NCBI GenBank assembly: GCA_020696385.1
Contig: JAEHCQ010000001.1
Span: 96,001 to 160,000, forward strand
From: Methanobacteriota archaeon
GTDB taxonomy: Archaea; Thermoplasmatota; Thermoplasmata; SG8-5; JAGLSY01
Reading direction: 5' to 3'
Length of the DNA stretch: 64,000 nt
This document shows positions 11,601 to 21,500 of the stretch, piece by piece. Under the pieces are notes generated by a model. It had not been told where the DNA came from. It searched no databases and saw only the letters and a list, made by a program, of their open reading frames with translations. The position numbers and the translations under genes are program-made. How positions within the stretch are numbered: position 1 is the first letter of the stretch; every line of letters begins with the position of its first letter.

Positions 11601-12580
11601 GATGGTATCCACAGATAAGAACCGTCATTTGATTCTTTCTCCGCAATGATCGACCAATTGTTACCATCATCCACAGAATAGTAAATGGTCACAGGGTTAC
11701 TGGCCAGGTTGAAATTATCATAGGTCAACCATTTGATCTCATAAATACCATTGACTGAGTATCTCGCTCCGATCTCTGGATCGATCACTATAACTGTTGG
11801 AGCCATAGATTCAATTGTGAAGAAGCTGTCACTGACATCTTGATAGATGTTACCAGCAGCATCTGTCGCACCCACCTTTATAAGACAATCCTCACTGGTC
11901 TCAAGAGGTACTGCCCAGCTATAACTTCCGTCATTGGGCTCATTATCAACTATCAGGGTCCAGTCCAGGCCACCATTGATGGAATAGGATATGTCGATGG
12001 TGATTGGAGAAACAATGTAATTATCAGTAGCAGACCACTGGATATCCCTCATCATGCCACCCTGCCAAACCTCTCTGCCATTTGGATATCGTACGCTGGT
12101 AGAAGGCACGGTGGAATCAATTATGAACTCTGAATCACTCATACCGGATATGGTATTGCCAGCAGTGTCCATCGCACGTATCCTGATAAGACAGTTCTCG
12201 GAAGTGATATGAGGCAATGTCCAATTGAATGATGCATCGACGCTTTCCCTTTCAGCTATCGTGGTCCATGCCATGCCGCCATTTATCGAATAATAGATCA
12301 TGAGAGAATCAGGCGATAGCTCAATGCCATCTTGATCATCCCATATTATCTCAAGGATGTCTCCACCCTTCAGAATGTCTCCACTCGATGGTGCGATCAA
12401 GCTCAAACCAGGAGAATGATCTTCAGATGCAGGAATGGTGATCTCAACATTATCTATAGAGGTGACACTGGCAATGACCGCGGAAAAGCTGGAAATGACC
12501 ATGGTCAATGCGAATAATGTAGCCAATAATCTATTATAATTTCTTGCGCGGGAAATATCCCTCAGCTTATTTGCTTTCAT
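1..12580 (-). CDS. Giant secreted Ig-like-repeat / DUF11 / vWA surface protein, 3'-truncated by the window edge (>4190 aa); paralog of 12577..38589
   Basis: ATG at 12580-12578 preceded by GGAGGTG; translates MKANKLRDISRARNYNRLLATLFALTMVISSFSAVIAS (signal peptide-like), three YSxxxGxxW domains, about 18 83-aa repeats, DUF11-like domains (TYTIYYNNTG, WINDTLP), a vWA domain (IFIDNSDS...TP...LTDG...IYTIGLG at about 5380-4560), then more 83-aa repeats. The frame still reads WSTDIGAI at positions 25-2. The ORF track lists no complete ORF in this frame, consistent with no in-frame stop inside the window. Confidence 0.95.
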   Translation of the reverse strand, partial: MKANKLRDISRARNYNRLLATLFALTMVISSFSAVIASVTSIDNVEITIPASEDHSPGLSLIAPSSGDILKGGDILEIIWDDQDGIELSPDSLMIYYSINGGMAWTTIAERESVDASFNWTLPHITSENCLIRIRAMDTAGNTISGMSDSEFIIDSTVPSTSVRYPNGREVWQGGMMRDIQWSATDNYIVSPITIDISYSINGGLDWTLIVDNEPNDGSYSWAVPLETSEDCLIKVGATDAAGNIYQDVSDSFFTIESMAPTVIVIDPEIGARYSVNGIYEIKWLTYDNFNLASNPVTIYYSVDDGNNWSIIAEKESNDGSYLWIPSVEPNDQCLIKVEVQDAVGNIGYDISETILWEDTASILMASIPDEPNYVARIEVTPDPATVVVGTQQQFTAVVYDENDEIMAGETILWSTDIGVINFAGTMTAQTTPDVGSVSATVDGVSSSASVTIVVADIHHIDVSPSSAIIEVGSSFSFSAVAYDIYNNAIPGVDIGWSTNVGTVDASGFYTAQTVPGIGTISAINGSVTGIANIEVIIGGVDSVEISPSTATVPVGDTQQFTAKAFDLYGNEISGVGFDWSADLGSITSSGLYTAQTTPGSSIITVSNNSFSDTASATIMTGPAHHIDVTPDTITMTVGDDQQFDAIAYDEYDNPLTGITFTWSTDVGTIDTSGLFTAQTIPGTGEVTAVSNSITGTAFVTAEIGGLDHIDVMPDPISVTVGGQQQFTATAYDSFGNEITGMLFDWSTDVGTIDTSGFFLAQSTPSIGSVIATNGTLTGTAFVEVSVGTVDHITISPNTLTIMVGDIQQFSATVYDQFNNVIPSPLLFWTSTAGVVNSTGYFSAQTVPGTGVVSVTSGSVTVTANITVLVGPIDHIIVTPSPLTMVVGASQSFTAEAFDVYDNPLLGIDFTWSTDIGSVDVNGTFTARITPGSGIVSATNSSVSGNVPISIIPGVIDHLSVAPDPATVVVGKSRQFTATARDIYGNLITGLDFTWSTDIGSVDANGLFTAQTLVSVGVVQAYNNSFTGFATVTLVPDLVDRIEIDPNPITIQVGQGQQFTAIGYDQYDNSISGMAFDWNTNVGSVDNNGLFTAQITPSTGIVEATNGSVTGNASVFVILGDIDHIVVMPSPVSVHIGETQQFTAVAYDAFNNSIPGVSFFWNTGLGVVNSTGFFTAFTVSGNGFVNATANSVTGSASVEVLADVLHHIEIIPSPVSVVVGFSQPFTAMGYDVYNNHIPNATFFWTTDMGVVNFAGVFTAQVITGTGYVNATSGSITGTAVVNVVPSAIHHIDVTPDPANIEVGQNDQFSANAYDIYNNPIPGVVFTWSTDVGTVDASGRLTAQTTPAIGSITASNGTMDGVAVVNVIVGQIDHITVLPDPANIVVGDTQIFTAMAYDGYDNPIPGVGFIWSTDVGSIDQLGSFTAQIIPGTGTVTAFNNTISGVAAVNVIVGPLDHISVTPDPYSIVVGDTQSFTAVGYDLYNNTITGMEFVWSVNIGSVDQSGFFTAPTIPGTAFVTASNSSVSGFATVSVISGDVDHIIISPDPAIVVVGDSQAFTAVAYDLYNNVIPGVGLIWNSNVGTVDASGLFTAQTMTGAGTVTATNNSIVGSAAVNVVVGPIDHIDVLPDPASVVVGESQSFSAIAYDLYNNVIPGVNFTWSTDIGTIDTSGLFVAATIPGIGIVTAINSTITGSANVEVLVGPVDHIIINPDPATVEVGGSQTFTAEAYDLYNNLITGAIFLWDTNVGVVSSGGYLTAQTIPGSGLVNATSGGVTGFAVVDVVPGDIAIIIVIPDPCTIIVGDSQQFMAMAYDAYSNLITNIDLIWSTDVGSINSTGFFTAQTTPGMGSVTATNGSVSGSSNVNVIAGPLDRITVSPDPWAMNADSGKQFIATGYDLYDNLVPISPAWEVDGGGSVSASGYFIADIVGTWTIYANDSGVSGSATITIIHGQAVSIDISPATATITTDDIVSYTAIAYDANGNSWNVTSGTVFTDNDPLGTTMLNVYSAGQVGTWTIIGNYGGLLDSASVNVLPGAASFIVLDSPSQVTIGELFSVTVTVYDADGNVKTDYAGTIDLSSTDPYPAVLPAGHTYTGPDAGTFTFTDLILYTRPSQLLTASDILDTWLNDTDSIDIISPNISPVKLAPAKAESGDIITYTIYYNNSGETTAQDVWLNDTLPANVSFISASAGGIEAGGIVSWHFSNVLPGISSVTMTVGVDVGLSNGVLLTNWVFCNYTTNTDHLLPETMDNATTRVFYLPSMAVSKTVERIFKDIVVEPNQWGSTSVGSTISYMVNITNLQSIADSVDMDYLSRLEWPVQLFNSDWSPLVDTNGNAFPDTGILPADGGNISIMVNITIPLTAVVGQEEFTYIIGTSFNDADVLDIAQINTTAILPTGGDNLVGIFIDNSDSMTSRFNATGASWLDVAKAGAKNLISDLSDSSAVSIYSTKGANIVEIIEMTTLTAAGRTSVNTEIDTIAEGQMTPVWDGTGLAYMSTRNAKNDPTHPEWAGHYPAVVSLTDGFDYQSKDSSASGNVESASDTWCPWHPMDPPAYPSTAFPTFTYNWHIGKYAYPFTLYPPGALWMNATNLGVRQGLLYSDIPIYTIGLGLEHYDNISTPVRHTMPAPNEFDGINATYDGPGSNESGTSEYNLWRVSNTSYGEYYYSPTATELIGIFQAIGAAIGHGSAPATGAKGTISSGDSLRYTIYYNNTGIGDAGHVWVNDSLPAPLIFMNSNASVPWTFVDGHYSWHFTNVTPGLHWFWVDVEIDNTVIENESIVNEVFMNYTDIDGISLPGSNDTAAVTISAPVISIDKLVSATTALPGDMLNYTIYYNNTGSSMALFIWVNDSFDQYLSFVSDSAPVSPIINGNNYSWKIPAVMPGVYYFNITVQVLDGTPGGTMISNRIISEYINDNNIKHNESVISNIVNTSISNTRIDIEKIVDAPISDPLDTLTYTIYYNNTGTDPSDFVWINDTLPVGVTFSSATGGGTESGGVVSWALTDVPPGIHSVQIVAQVNADVPDGTLLMNTASLNYTDDLGVMLPPSQTEALSVCGVLNLTKTSDLVLVPASGTTTVRLTIEVYNAHPTLGLDNVIISDTLPLGISWVGNVVASDGSWNWDGTTLDWTILNIPALGIETLSFDVSISPAGVGAYSLNNGALATGTTDTGYIENAISNTVIVDAVNAPILDLVMWPDTIISNSTETFYLNVTNIGTDGIFQDADGDVVEIIIPIDWGTPSNINTMPGWTSQWLGGSRTLRFNYTAGSDLSWFSGTTQIFNFDLLAPSIQDMYDFDAIGTIHDGGAFQYNTSKSLSVDVVLGVLDHIVVLPDPSFVVVGGTRSFTATAYDTYNNVIPNIEFTWTTDIGTIDVAGLLTAQTIVSVGIATATNGSVSGNANVNVIADSFDHILVTPDPITMGAGMTQQFTATAHDIYGNVISGYDFDWTTDIGSIDDTGLLTAQTIPATGFVMAMNNSISYSSTVNVIPGSVDEIIVSPNPVMITVGGSQAFTAVAYDVHDNVVPGIVFTWSTDMGSIDASGQLTAQTSPGIGTVTATNGTFSGSASVSVMADVLDHILVTPDPASILVGQLQVFTAIGYDIYDNPLLGIDFVWSTDVGSIDANGLFTAQITPDSGFVNATNGSITGSSVTNVIEGTVDHIIITPDPATVIAGSIQAFTASAYDIFNNPIPGATFIWFTDVGAIDASGLLTAQTTPASGQVTAVNGSVSATATVDVIPGLVDHIVVIPDPATIKVGESQLFMATAYDIHDNVIPGMDFVWNTDVGAVNSTGYFTAQIVPGAGIVTATNGTVTGTVVVNVIVGDVDTITVSPDPAAIAVGDTLQFTAIAHDVYSNIIPNAPFVWSTDVGVVNSTGYFTAHTVPGAGIVNVSIGLVYDSATVDIVLGPLDRIVVTPDSIQVEVAGTRSFTATAYDAYNNIMPGVVFSWSTDVGSIDAFGQYTAQSSPGNGIVTATNGTVSGSASVDVKVGALDHIMVTPDPATVEVGSDQLFTAIAYDVFDNVVSGVDFTWTTDAGSIDASGLFTAQTALGTGIVTATNGTISYSAIVDIVLGSIHHIIVSPNSASITVGGTQAFSAIAYDTYNNILPGVSFTWSTDVGTIDGTGLFTARTMPGTGIVSASNGTISESADVEVLVGALDHIIISPDPATVIVGGSVTFTASGYDIYNNLISGIDFVWSTDIGAI
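6970..11460 (-). repeat. First block of ~18 249-bp Ig-like coding repeats in the truncated giant gene
   Basis: Same motif and spacing; colinear with 32690..37165 at an offset of about 25,712 bp. Confidence 0.9.
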
Positions 12581-15500
12581 AATATCCACCTCCTGGATCG
12601 AACATTAAATACCATTACCAATAAACCGATCAGAATAAGGATGAATGACATGGTTCCAGAGATATCCTTCACATTGAATTCCTTGTGGCCTATGACCAGC
12701 ATGCCATCTGCCGGATCCATTGTCATACTTGGATCTTCCATGGCCGTATCATCAACCATCCAGATCGTATCTTCAAACATGAAAGGATCAGACCCACCTC
12801 TGGTGGATATGTCACCGGGCAATGAATCCCGCATGCCCATATCGACAGGGGAAGGAACGGACATGATGACATTCCAGACAATATCACTTGGAACATGCAC
12901 CCAGTAACCAGCTCCAGGAACCATGACATGAGTGTCTGGAAGGGCTTCCAGATCGTAAGGAGATAGAGCATTGAAACCCTCTATCTTGTCATAGCCTGTA
13001 CCGGCAAGGGCAGTGCCGATGGTGACAGTACTATTCAGGGTTGGATAACCAATGAGGTTCCAACCAGCATGAAGTGTCATGTGCTCATTGTTCGGACGAT
13101 CTCCAGTGACATTCAGGGTGGCGACGTTCAGCATGTGGATCCAGAAACCCATCGTGTGATCGATGTTAGATAGATCATTCAAAACAACGGGCCTCATTGT
13201 GGAGTAGGTTTTCCAATGATCAAAGGTATCTGTTGAATTATAATACATGACCTGATCCCAATCACCACTTATCGAAGATAGTACAGATAGAGTGGAAGTA
13301 TCAGACATGATCAATGGTATCGAAATAAGATTCCAGCCAATATCAAGGTCAATGGTGAACCTGTTCTGCTCAACGGTCACAAGGGAAGTGTCGGTCAATG
13401 TGCCATAGGTGATCGTGACAATGCCAGAGGCAGGGGTCATCTGAGCAGTGAATAAACCAGTATTATCAATGGTGCCGACGGTCGTGCCCCATATGAAATC
13501 AACACCCAATATCACATTATTGAAAACATCGTAAGCAGTTCCTGTAAAGTCCTCCGTCAGACCAACTGGAATTGCCAAGACCGAGGGAGTCAGTTCGATG
13601 TGATCGATCGGCACATCGACTATATTGACATTTGTAGAACCGACGACCAAACCATTCAGGGCGGCGACAAAGCCAAAGCCAACTGTGGATTGAGCAGTAA
13701 GCAGACCATTCGTATCAATAGTACCGGCACTGGTGCCCCAGGCGAATGGAATACCTGGTATGGCATTGTCGTAAACATCATAGGCAAGTGCAGTGAACTG
13801 AACAGTACCTCCAATAATAACATTCACTACGGGACCTGGATAGACAATTATATGATCTGTGGCTCCTGGAATGATAGTGACAATGGCAGAAGTGCTGATG
13901 GTGCCAAAGGTGGCAGTCACCACACCAGATGCGGTTATTGTCTGAGCGGTGAAAACACCAGTGAAGGTTATTGATCCAACATCAGTACTCCATGTGAAAG
14001 GCACGCCGGTTGCCGCATTATTGTATTGATCATATGCAACGGCACTGAAGGATTGAGTAGTTCCAACGACCACTGAAGCTGGATCTGGAGTGATATCAAT
14101 ATGGTCGATATCACCTATCAGGATATTCACAACTGCAGAAGCATTGATAGTGCCATTACTAACAATGATGGAACCAAAGCCAGGAGTGATCTGAGCGGTG
14201 AAATTACCAGTGGCATCAACAGTACCAACATCAGAGACCCACACAAGGTCAATGCCTGGTATGGCATTATTGTAAACATCAAGGGCAGCTGCAGTGAATT
14301 GTTGGATATCACCAACTTGAACAGAAGCAGGATCGGGTGATATTGTTATGTGATCGATAGGCCCAGGTAGAACATCCACCAAGACGGGACTTGTGACTGC
14401 TCCAAATGTCACATTCACAAAGCCATTTCCAGTGGTTATCTGGGCGGTGAAATTACCAGTGGCATCAACAGTACCAACATCAGTACTCCAGGTGAAGATC
14501 GCGCTTATTATCTCATTATTGTAAGCATCATAGGCAATTGCACTGAAGGAAGCACTTCCACCAACAATGATCGAGAGTGATGCTGGGGTCACAATGATAT
14601 GATCGACATCTCCAATTGCAACATCAACATTTACAGAGTCGCTGACAGAACCATTAATCGCAGTCACATAGCCAGCTCCCGGTATGGTCTGGGCCACGAA
14701 GATACCATTGATATCAATGGAACCCACATTGGTACTCCATAAGAATCCAACACCAGGAATGGCATTATTGTACTGATCATAAGCAATAGCGATGAAAGGC
14801 TCACTGTCTCCAACACTAACTGTCGCAGGATCTGGAGATACAGCTATATGATGAATTGAACCTGGAATGATAGTGATGATGGCGGAGTAGCTGAAAGAAC
14901 CATTGGAAGCTGTAACAATACCAGTATCTGGAACAATCTGGGCTATGAAATAGCCAGTTGGTCCTACAGTTCCGACATCAGTGTTCCATAAGAAATCCAC
15001 TCCAGGTATCACATTATCCAACACATCATAGGCTACTGCAGTGAATGACTGACTGGAACCTGCAGTGATGGAAACTGGGTCGGGAGTTATTAGGATATGA
15101 TCTATACCGCCAAACATGACATCGACCACTACAGAATCACTTATCGTATCATTGGTGGCTGTGACAGTACCGGAGCCGGCCATTGACTGGGCGGTCAGTA
15201 GACCGGTAGCATCGATAGTACCAACATTCGTATTCCAAATGAAATCCACTCCTGATATCTCATTATCATAAACATCATAGGCAATTGCAGTAAGCTGGAG
15301 AGTGTCATCAACAATCACGGCAGCAGGATCGGGTAGAACTGTAATATGATCCAGAGGTCCGATAAGTAAGGTGACTGGAACAGAGCGGCTTACAGAATTG
15401 TTCGTGGCAGTGACAACTCCAAGTCCTGGAACTGTTCGGGCAGTGAAGAAACCTGTACCATCAATAGTACCGATATTGGTGGTCCATGTGAAAACAGTTC

Positions 15501-18500
15501 CCGGGATAGCATTATTGTAAGAATCATAAGCAACTGCAGTGAATGACTGAGTATCTCCAACTTGTAGCGAGACTGGATTGGGCAGAATTATGATATGATC
15601 GATAGCTCCATAGATGATATCTACATTTGAAACTCCAGATATACTACCATTGATCGCTGTGATGGTACCAGCACCAGTTACGGAAGGAGCGGTGAAAAGA
15701 CCAGTGGCATCCACGGAGCCAATATCCGCACTCCATGAGAACTCGATACCCAATATCGCATTACCATACACATCGTAGGCTATTGCGGTGAATAATTGAG
15801 TAGAGCCTACGATGACGCTGGCCGGGGATGGTAGAACATCAATATGATCCATTACACCAGGAACTATATCGACCGCGGCAGAATAGCTCGTAGAGCCGTT
15901 TGTGGCTGTCACAATTCCAGATCCTATCATGGTCTGAGCAGTAAATAAGCCATTTCCATCAACAGTGCCGACATCGGATGTCCACATGAACTCAACACCC
16001 ACTATGACATTATCAAGGGCATCGTAGGCAGTTGCGATGAATTGCTGGGTATTACCAGCAGCGATAGAGATGGGATCAGGAACTATCAATATATGATCGA
16101 TGTTTCCAATAACCACATTCACGGCCGCGGAATCACTGACGGTTCCATTGCTAACAGTTACTGAACCGATTCCTGGGATGGTGTAACCTGTGAAGAAGCC
16201 AGTGGCATTGACAGTGCCGACATCGGATGTCCATATAAGATCTGCATCTGATACAAGATTATTGTAGATATCATAGGCAATTGCAGTGAATTGCTGACTG
16301 GCACCGACAACAACAGATAGAGTATCTGGAGAGATATCTATATGATCGACAAGGCCAGGAACTATCGTGACATTGGCAGTGTCGCTGATAGTACCGCTGG
16401 TGGCTGTCACGACACCAGTGTCTGGAGAGCTCTGAGCGATCAGAACACCAGAAGCCCCGATAATACCAACATCGGAGAACCACACGAAAGGAGCTCCAGG
16501 TATCACATTATTATAAACATCATAAGCAGTGGCAATGAATATCTCTGTGGCTCCGACCATCACGGTCACCGAGTTCGGAAGGACCTCGACATGATCAAGA
16601 GGGCCTGGAATGATATTAACGGTGGCCGAGTCGGAGATAGTTCCATTGGTAGCTGTGACAATGCCAGTGCCTGTCATTGTCTGAGCAGTGAAGAGGCCAC
16701 TTGCATCGATTGATCCGATGTCAGTGCTCCATTCATAGTCCACATTCGAGATGATATTATTGTAAATGTCGTAAAGAGTTACCGTGAAGAGCTGGGATTC
16801 ACCGGCGACGATATTGGCCGAACTCGGTAAAACCTCGATATGATCTAAGCTACCGATCAAGATCTCAAGGTCAGACTGGCCGCTTATAGTTCCATTTGTA
16901 GCGGTGACTGAACCAGTTCCTGGTGTGGTCTGAGCAGTGAAGAGGCCAGTTACATCTATAGTACCAACATCAACGCTCCATTCAAATCCTATTCCAGAGA
17001 TGACATTGTCATAGATATCGTATCCGAATGCGGTGAAGGTCTGGTCATCACCAACGACAACAGTTGCGGGGTCTGGTACGACCTCGATATGGTCAAGTGG
17101 ACCTGGAATGATATTGACATCTGCGAAATTGGAGAACGTTCCATTTGTAGCGGTGACCGTCCCAATTCCCGGAATTACCTGTGCTGTAAAGAATCCACTA
17201 TTATCTACAATACCAAGATCAGTGGACCAATCATATCCAATACCAACTATCACATTATTGTAAATATCATAGGAAGTGGCAGTGAAGACCAGTGAGGCTC
17301 CAGCCGACACGGTCTTTGGATCAGGAGTGACAAGGATATGATCAAGAGCTCCGGGAATTACACTGACTGTCGATGAAGAGCTTACAGAGCCATTTGCTGC
17401 AGAGACAGTTCCAGCGCCTGGAACTGTCTCTGCAGTGAAAGAACCTGATGCATCTATCAGACCAACATTCGTTGTCCATATTAGATCCACTCCCGAGATG
17501 ATATTATTGTAAACATCATGAACTGTTGCGGTAAACAGCTGAACCTCACCAACGATAATAGTCGCCGTCACTGGAGACAATACAATATGATGTACAGGAC
17601 CGACAATGATGGTCACAGCTGCTGTATCACTGATAGTGCCATTGGTAGCAGTGACAGTTCCAAAGTCAGGGGTGGTCTGTGCAGTCAGAAGACCGGCGGC
17701 ATCGATAACACCGACATCGGTGGACCATTCAAATCCAATGCCTGTTATCTCATTATTGTAAATATCATAAGCGATCGCGGAGAATAATCTGGACACACCC
17801 ACTATCACTGTGACGGGATCTGGCAGAACCCCGATATGATCAAGAGCACCAGGAGTGAGAGTGATAGGTACGGAGCACTCGACCGAACCATTGGATACAG
17901 TAACAACACCGGTTCCTGAAATTGTCTGGGCGGTGAAGGATCCTGTGCCATTGACAATTCCAATATCAGTGCCCCATACAAGGTCCACACCTGGAATGAT
18001 ATTATCATAAGCATCATAGACCACTGCAATGAAGGATTGGGTAGCTCCTACCAGCATATTGGCCGTATTTGGTGTCACGATTATATGATCAACAGCACCA
18101 AGAACGACAGACACAATGGCAGCATCACTGATAGTGCCATTGGAAGCGGTCACGGTTCCTGTACCAGTTATTGTCTGGGCAGTGAACTCGCCGATGGAAT
18201 TTATGGAGCCAACATCAGTGCTCCAGATAAAGTCCGCATTGGGGACGATATTATTGTAGATATCATAAGCAGTGGCAATGAATGATTGGGGTTGGCCTGC
18301 CACAACATCAACATGGCTTGGGGTGATCGAGATATGGTCGATAACACCAGGTATGACATCGACAAGGGCGACTGAGCTGATAGTGCCATTGGAAGCGGTC
18401 ACGGTTCCGGAGGCTGTGATGCTCTGGGCAGTGAAGTTTCCAGTAGCATCGATGGTGCCGATATTGGTTGTCCAATCAAAACCAATGCCCGACAAGGCAT

Positions 18501-21500
18501 TGTTGAACTGATCGAAAGCAATGGCCATGAAGGACTTGGTGCCATCAACAACAACATTGACCGTGTCAGGTATCACCACTATGTGATGTATAGGTCCAGG
18601 GATAACAACGACACTGGCCAAACCAGATACCGTGCCATTGTAAGCTGAGACAATTCCAGTCCCTGGAACTGTCGGAGCAGTGAAGTTTCCATTACTATCA
18701 ATGGTACCCAGATCCACACTCCATGTGAATTCCACTCCGGATATCGGATTGTTAAATTCATCATAGGCTATTGCTGTGAATTCCAAAATTCCTTCTGCCT
18801 CCACCATACCAGGATCTGGCAGTACGATGATATGATCGATGGTCAGGATCACATCAATACCAGCTACACCGGAGATGGTGCCATTAGTGGCAGTTATAGT
18901 GCCTGAGCCAGAGGTTGATCGTGCAGTGAAGAGGCCCGCAGTATCCACGGAGCCTATATTCGTGCTCCAGGTGAAAGTCACTCCAGGTATCTCATTATCA
19001 TAAATATCGTAGGCAGTGGCAATGAACTGATGGCTGGCATCGACAACGATGCTGGCATGATCTGGAGTTATCAGGATATGGTCTATCGGACCTATGACCG
19101 TAGTGACTGTCGCGGAGGCACTTACAGAGCCATTGAAAGCGGTGATCGAGCCAGTTCCAGGAATGGTCTGAGCTGTCAGAAGACCAGTACCATCGACAGA
19201 ACCAATGTTCGAGCTCCAATCGAAATCAATGCCGGATATCTCATTATCATAAACATCATAGCCAAGGGCAGTGAAGAGCTGGGTTCCACCCACTACAACC
19301 ACCATTGGATTTGGAGTCACAGCGATGTGGTCAAGTGCTCCAGCGACCACATTTACAACTGCAGAGCCGGATATAGTATCATTGGCCGCGGTTACAGAGC
19401 CGGTTCCTGGAACCGTCTGAGCCGTGTAGAGGCCAGTGGCATCGATAGAGCCTATATTCGTACTCCATGTAAATCCAACACCCACTATCTCATTATTGTA
19501 AAGATCGAAGGCGGTGGCCGTGAAGGACTGGTCATTCCCAACCGCAACAATTGCAGGGTTGGGATCTACCTCGATATGATCGACTGGACCCGAAACAATG
19601 GTCACAATAGCTGAGCGACTGACCGTGCCATTGGCCGCAGTTACATAACCAGTGCCAGGAACTGTCTGAGCTGTATAGAGACCAGCTACATTGACCGAGC
19701 CAGCATTCGTGGTCCAGATGACATTGACCGCAGGAAGCTGATTATTGTAAATATCAAAGCCAGTGACTGTGAATGATTGAGTGCCTCCAACAACTACAGT
19801 TGCGGGGTCAGGATCGATGATGATCTCATAGAGTTGTCCTATCACGATATTCACATTGGCCGAGGCAGTGATCGTGGTGTTTGACGCAGATACGGTTCCA
19901 GAGCCTGGAATTGTATCCGCATCAAACAAGCCAGTGGCATCGATAGAGCCGGCATCCGTGGTCCAGACCATATCAACTCCTGGGATCATATTATTGTAAA
20001 TATCATAGGCAGTGGCTGTGAAGACCTGCTGGCTTCCAACAGTCACAGTAGCTGGATCGGGATCTACCTCGATATGATCAATTGCTCCAGGTAATATATT
20101 TGCAGAAGATGAACAGCTGACCGAGCCATTGGTTGCAGTTATTATACCGGTTCCAGTCATAAACTGGGCAGTGAAGAGGCCATTGGAGTCAATGGTACCA
20201 ACATCAGTGCTCCATTCAAAGTCAACATTGGAGATCACATTGGAATAAGCATCAAAGGCAATGGCCATGAAAACCTGACTCTCCCCAACAACAATGGAGA
20301 CCGGATCCTGTACGACCACGATACTAGCTACTGGCCCGGGGATAGTGATGACCGTCGCGGAGCCAGATATCGTATCATTGGTCGCAGTCACAACTCCTAC
20401 ACCCGTACCTGTCTGGGCAGTGAAGGAACCAAATGCATCGATAGTGCCTATGTTCGTGCTCCAGGTGAAGTCAATGCCAGGTATGAGATTATTGAAAGAA
20501 TCATAGGCCTCGGCTGTAAAGGACTGGGGCTCTCCGACAGCAACAGAGATCGGATCTGGAGATACTATGATGTAATCCACTGTTACCACGATCACATCCA
20601 CATTGGCAGAACCAAATACTGTGTCATTGGTTGCGGTTATAATGCCAGCTGCTGAACTTAACTGAGCAGTGAAGAGGCCATTGGAATCAATGGTACCAAC
20701 ATCAGTGCTCCAGGTGAAAGATACACCGACGATCGCATCATTGAGTATATCATAAGCTGTTGCTGTGAATTGGTGGGTGGTTCCCACGATCACCGAAGCA
20801 GGGTCTGGGGAAACAACAATGTGATCTATAGTGATATCCTGAACATCCACATTGGCGGAGCCAGATATCGAGCCATTGGTTGCTGTGACCGTGCCCGCCA
20901 TCGGGGTTGCCTGGGCTGTGAAAAGACCAGAAGCATCTATGATTCCCACATCAGTGCTCCAATCGAAATCTATACCAGATATTGGATTATTGTAAACATC
21001 ATAGGCAATGGCATTGAATATCTGATTTCCATTGATTATGATATTGAGAGGATCCGGATTGACCAGGATATGATCAACTGGCCCTACGATGATCTCAAGG
21101 CTGGAAGTTCCGATGATGAAGCCGCAGGTGGCGCTGACCTGGCCGAAGATCGGAGAGGTCTGAGCAATGAAATAACCTGTGGAATTGATAGATCCAGCAT
21201 CTGTTGTCCAAGTAAAGAACGCACTTGGAACGACATTATTGTAAGCATCATAAGCAATGGCAGTGAATTGAGCAGGTTGGCCTACTGTGATCGTCACTGG
21301 ATTGGGGAGGACCTCGACATGGTCCACATTTCCAATCACGACATCCACCAAAGCAGTATCGCTGAAGGTTCCATTGGTCGCTGTCACAAAGCCATTGGCC
21401 GGGGTGGTCTGAGCTACGAACGTACCGGTGGCTCCAACAGAGCCCACGTCCGTATTCCAATTGAAGTCCACTCCTGGAATTGCATTGTTGTAGATATCGT

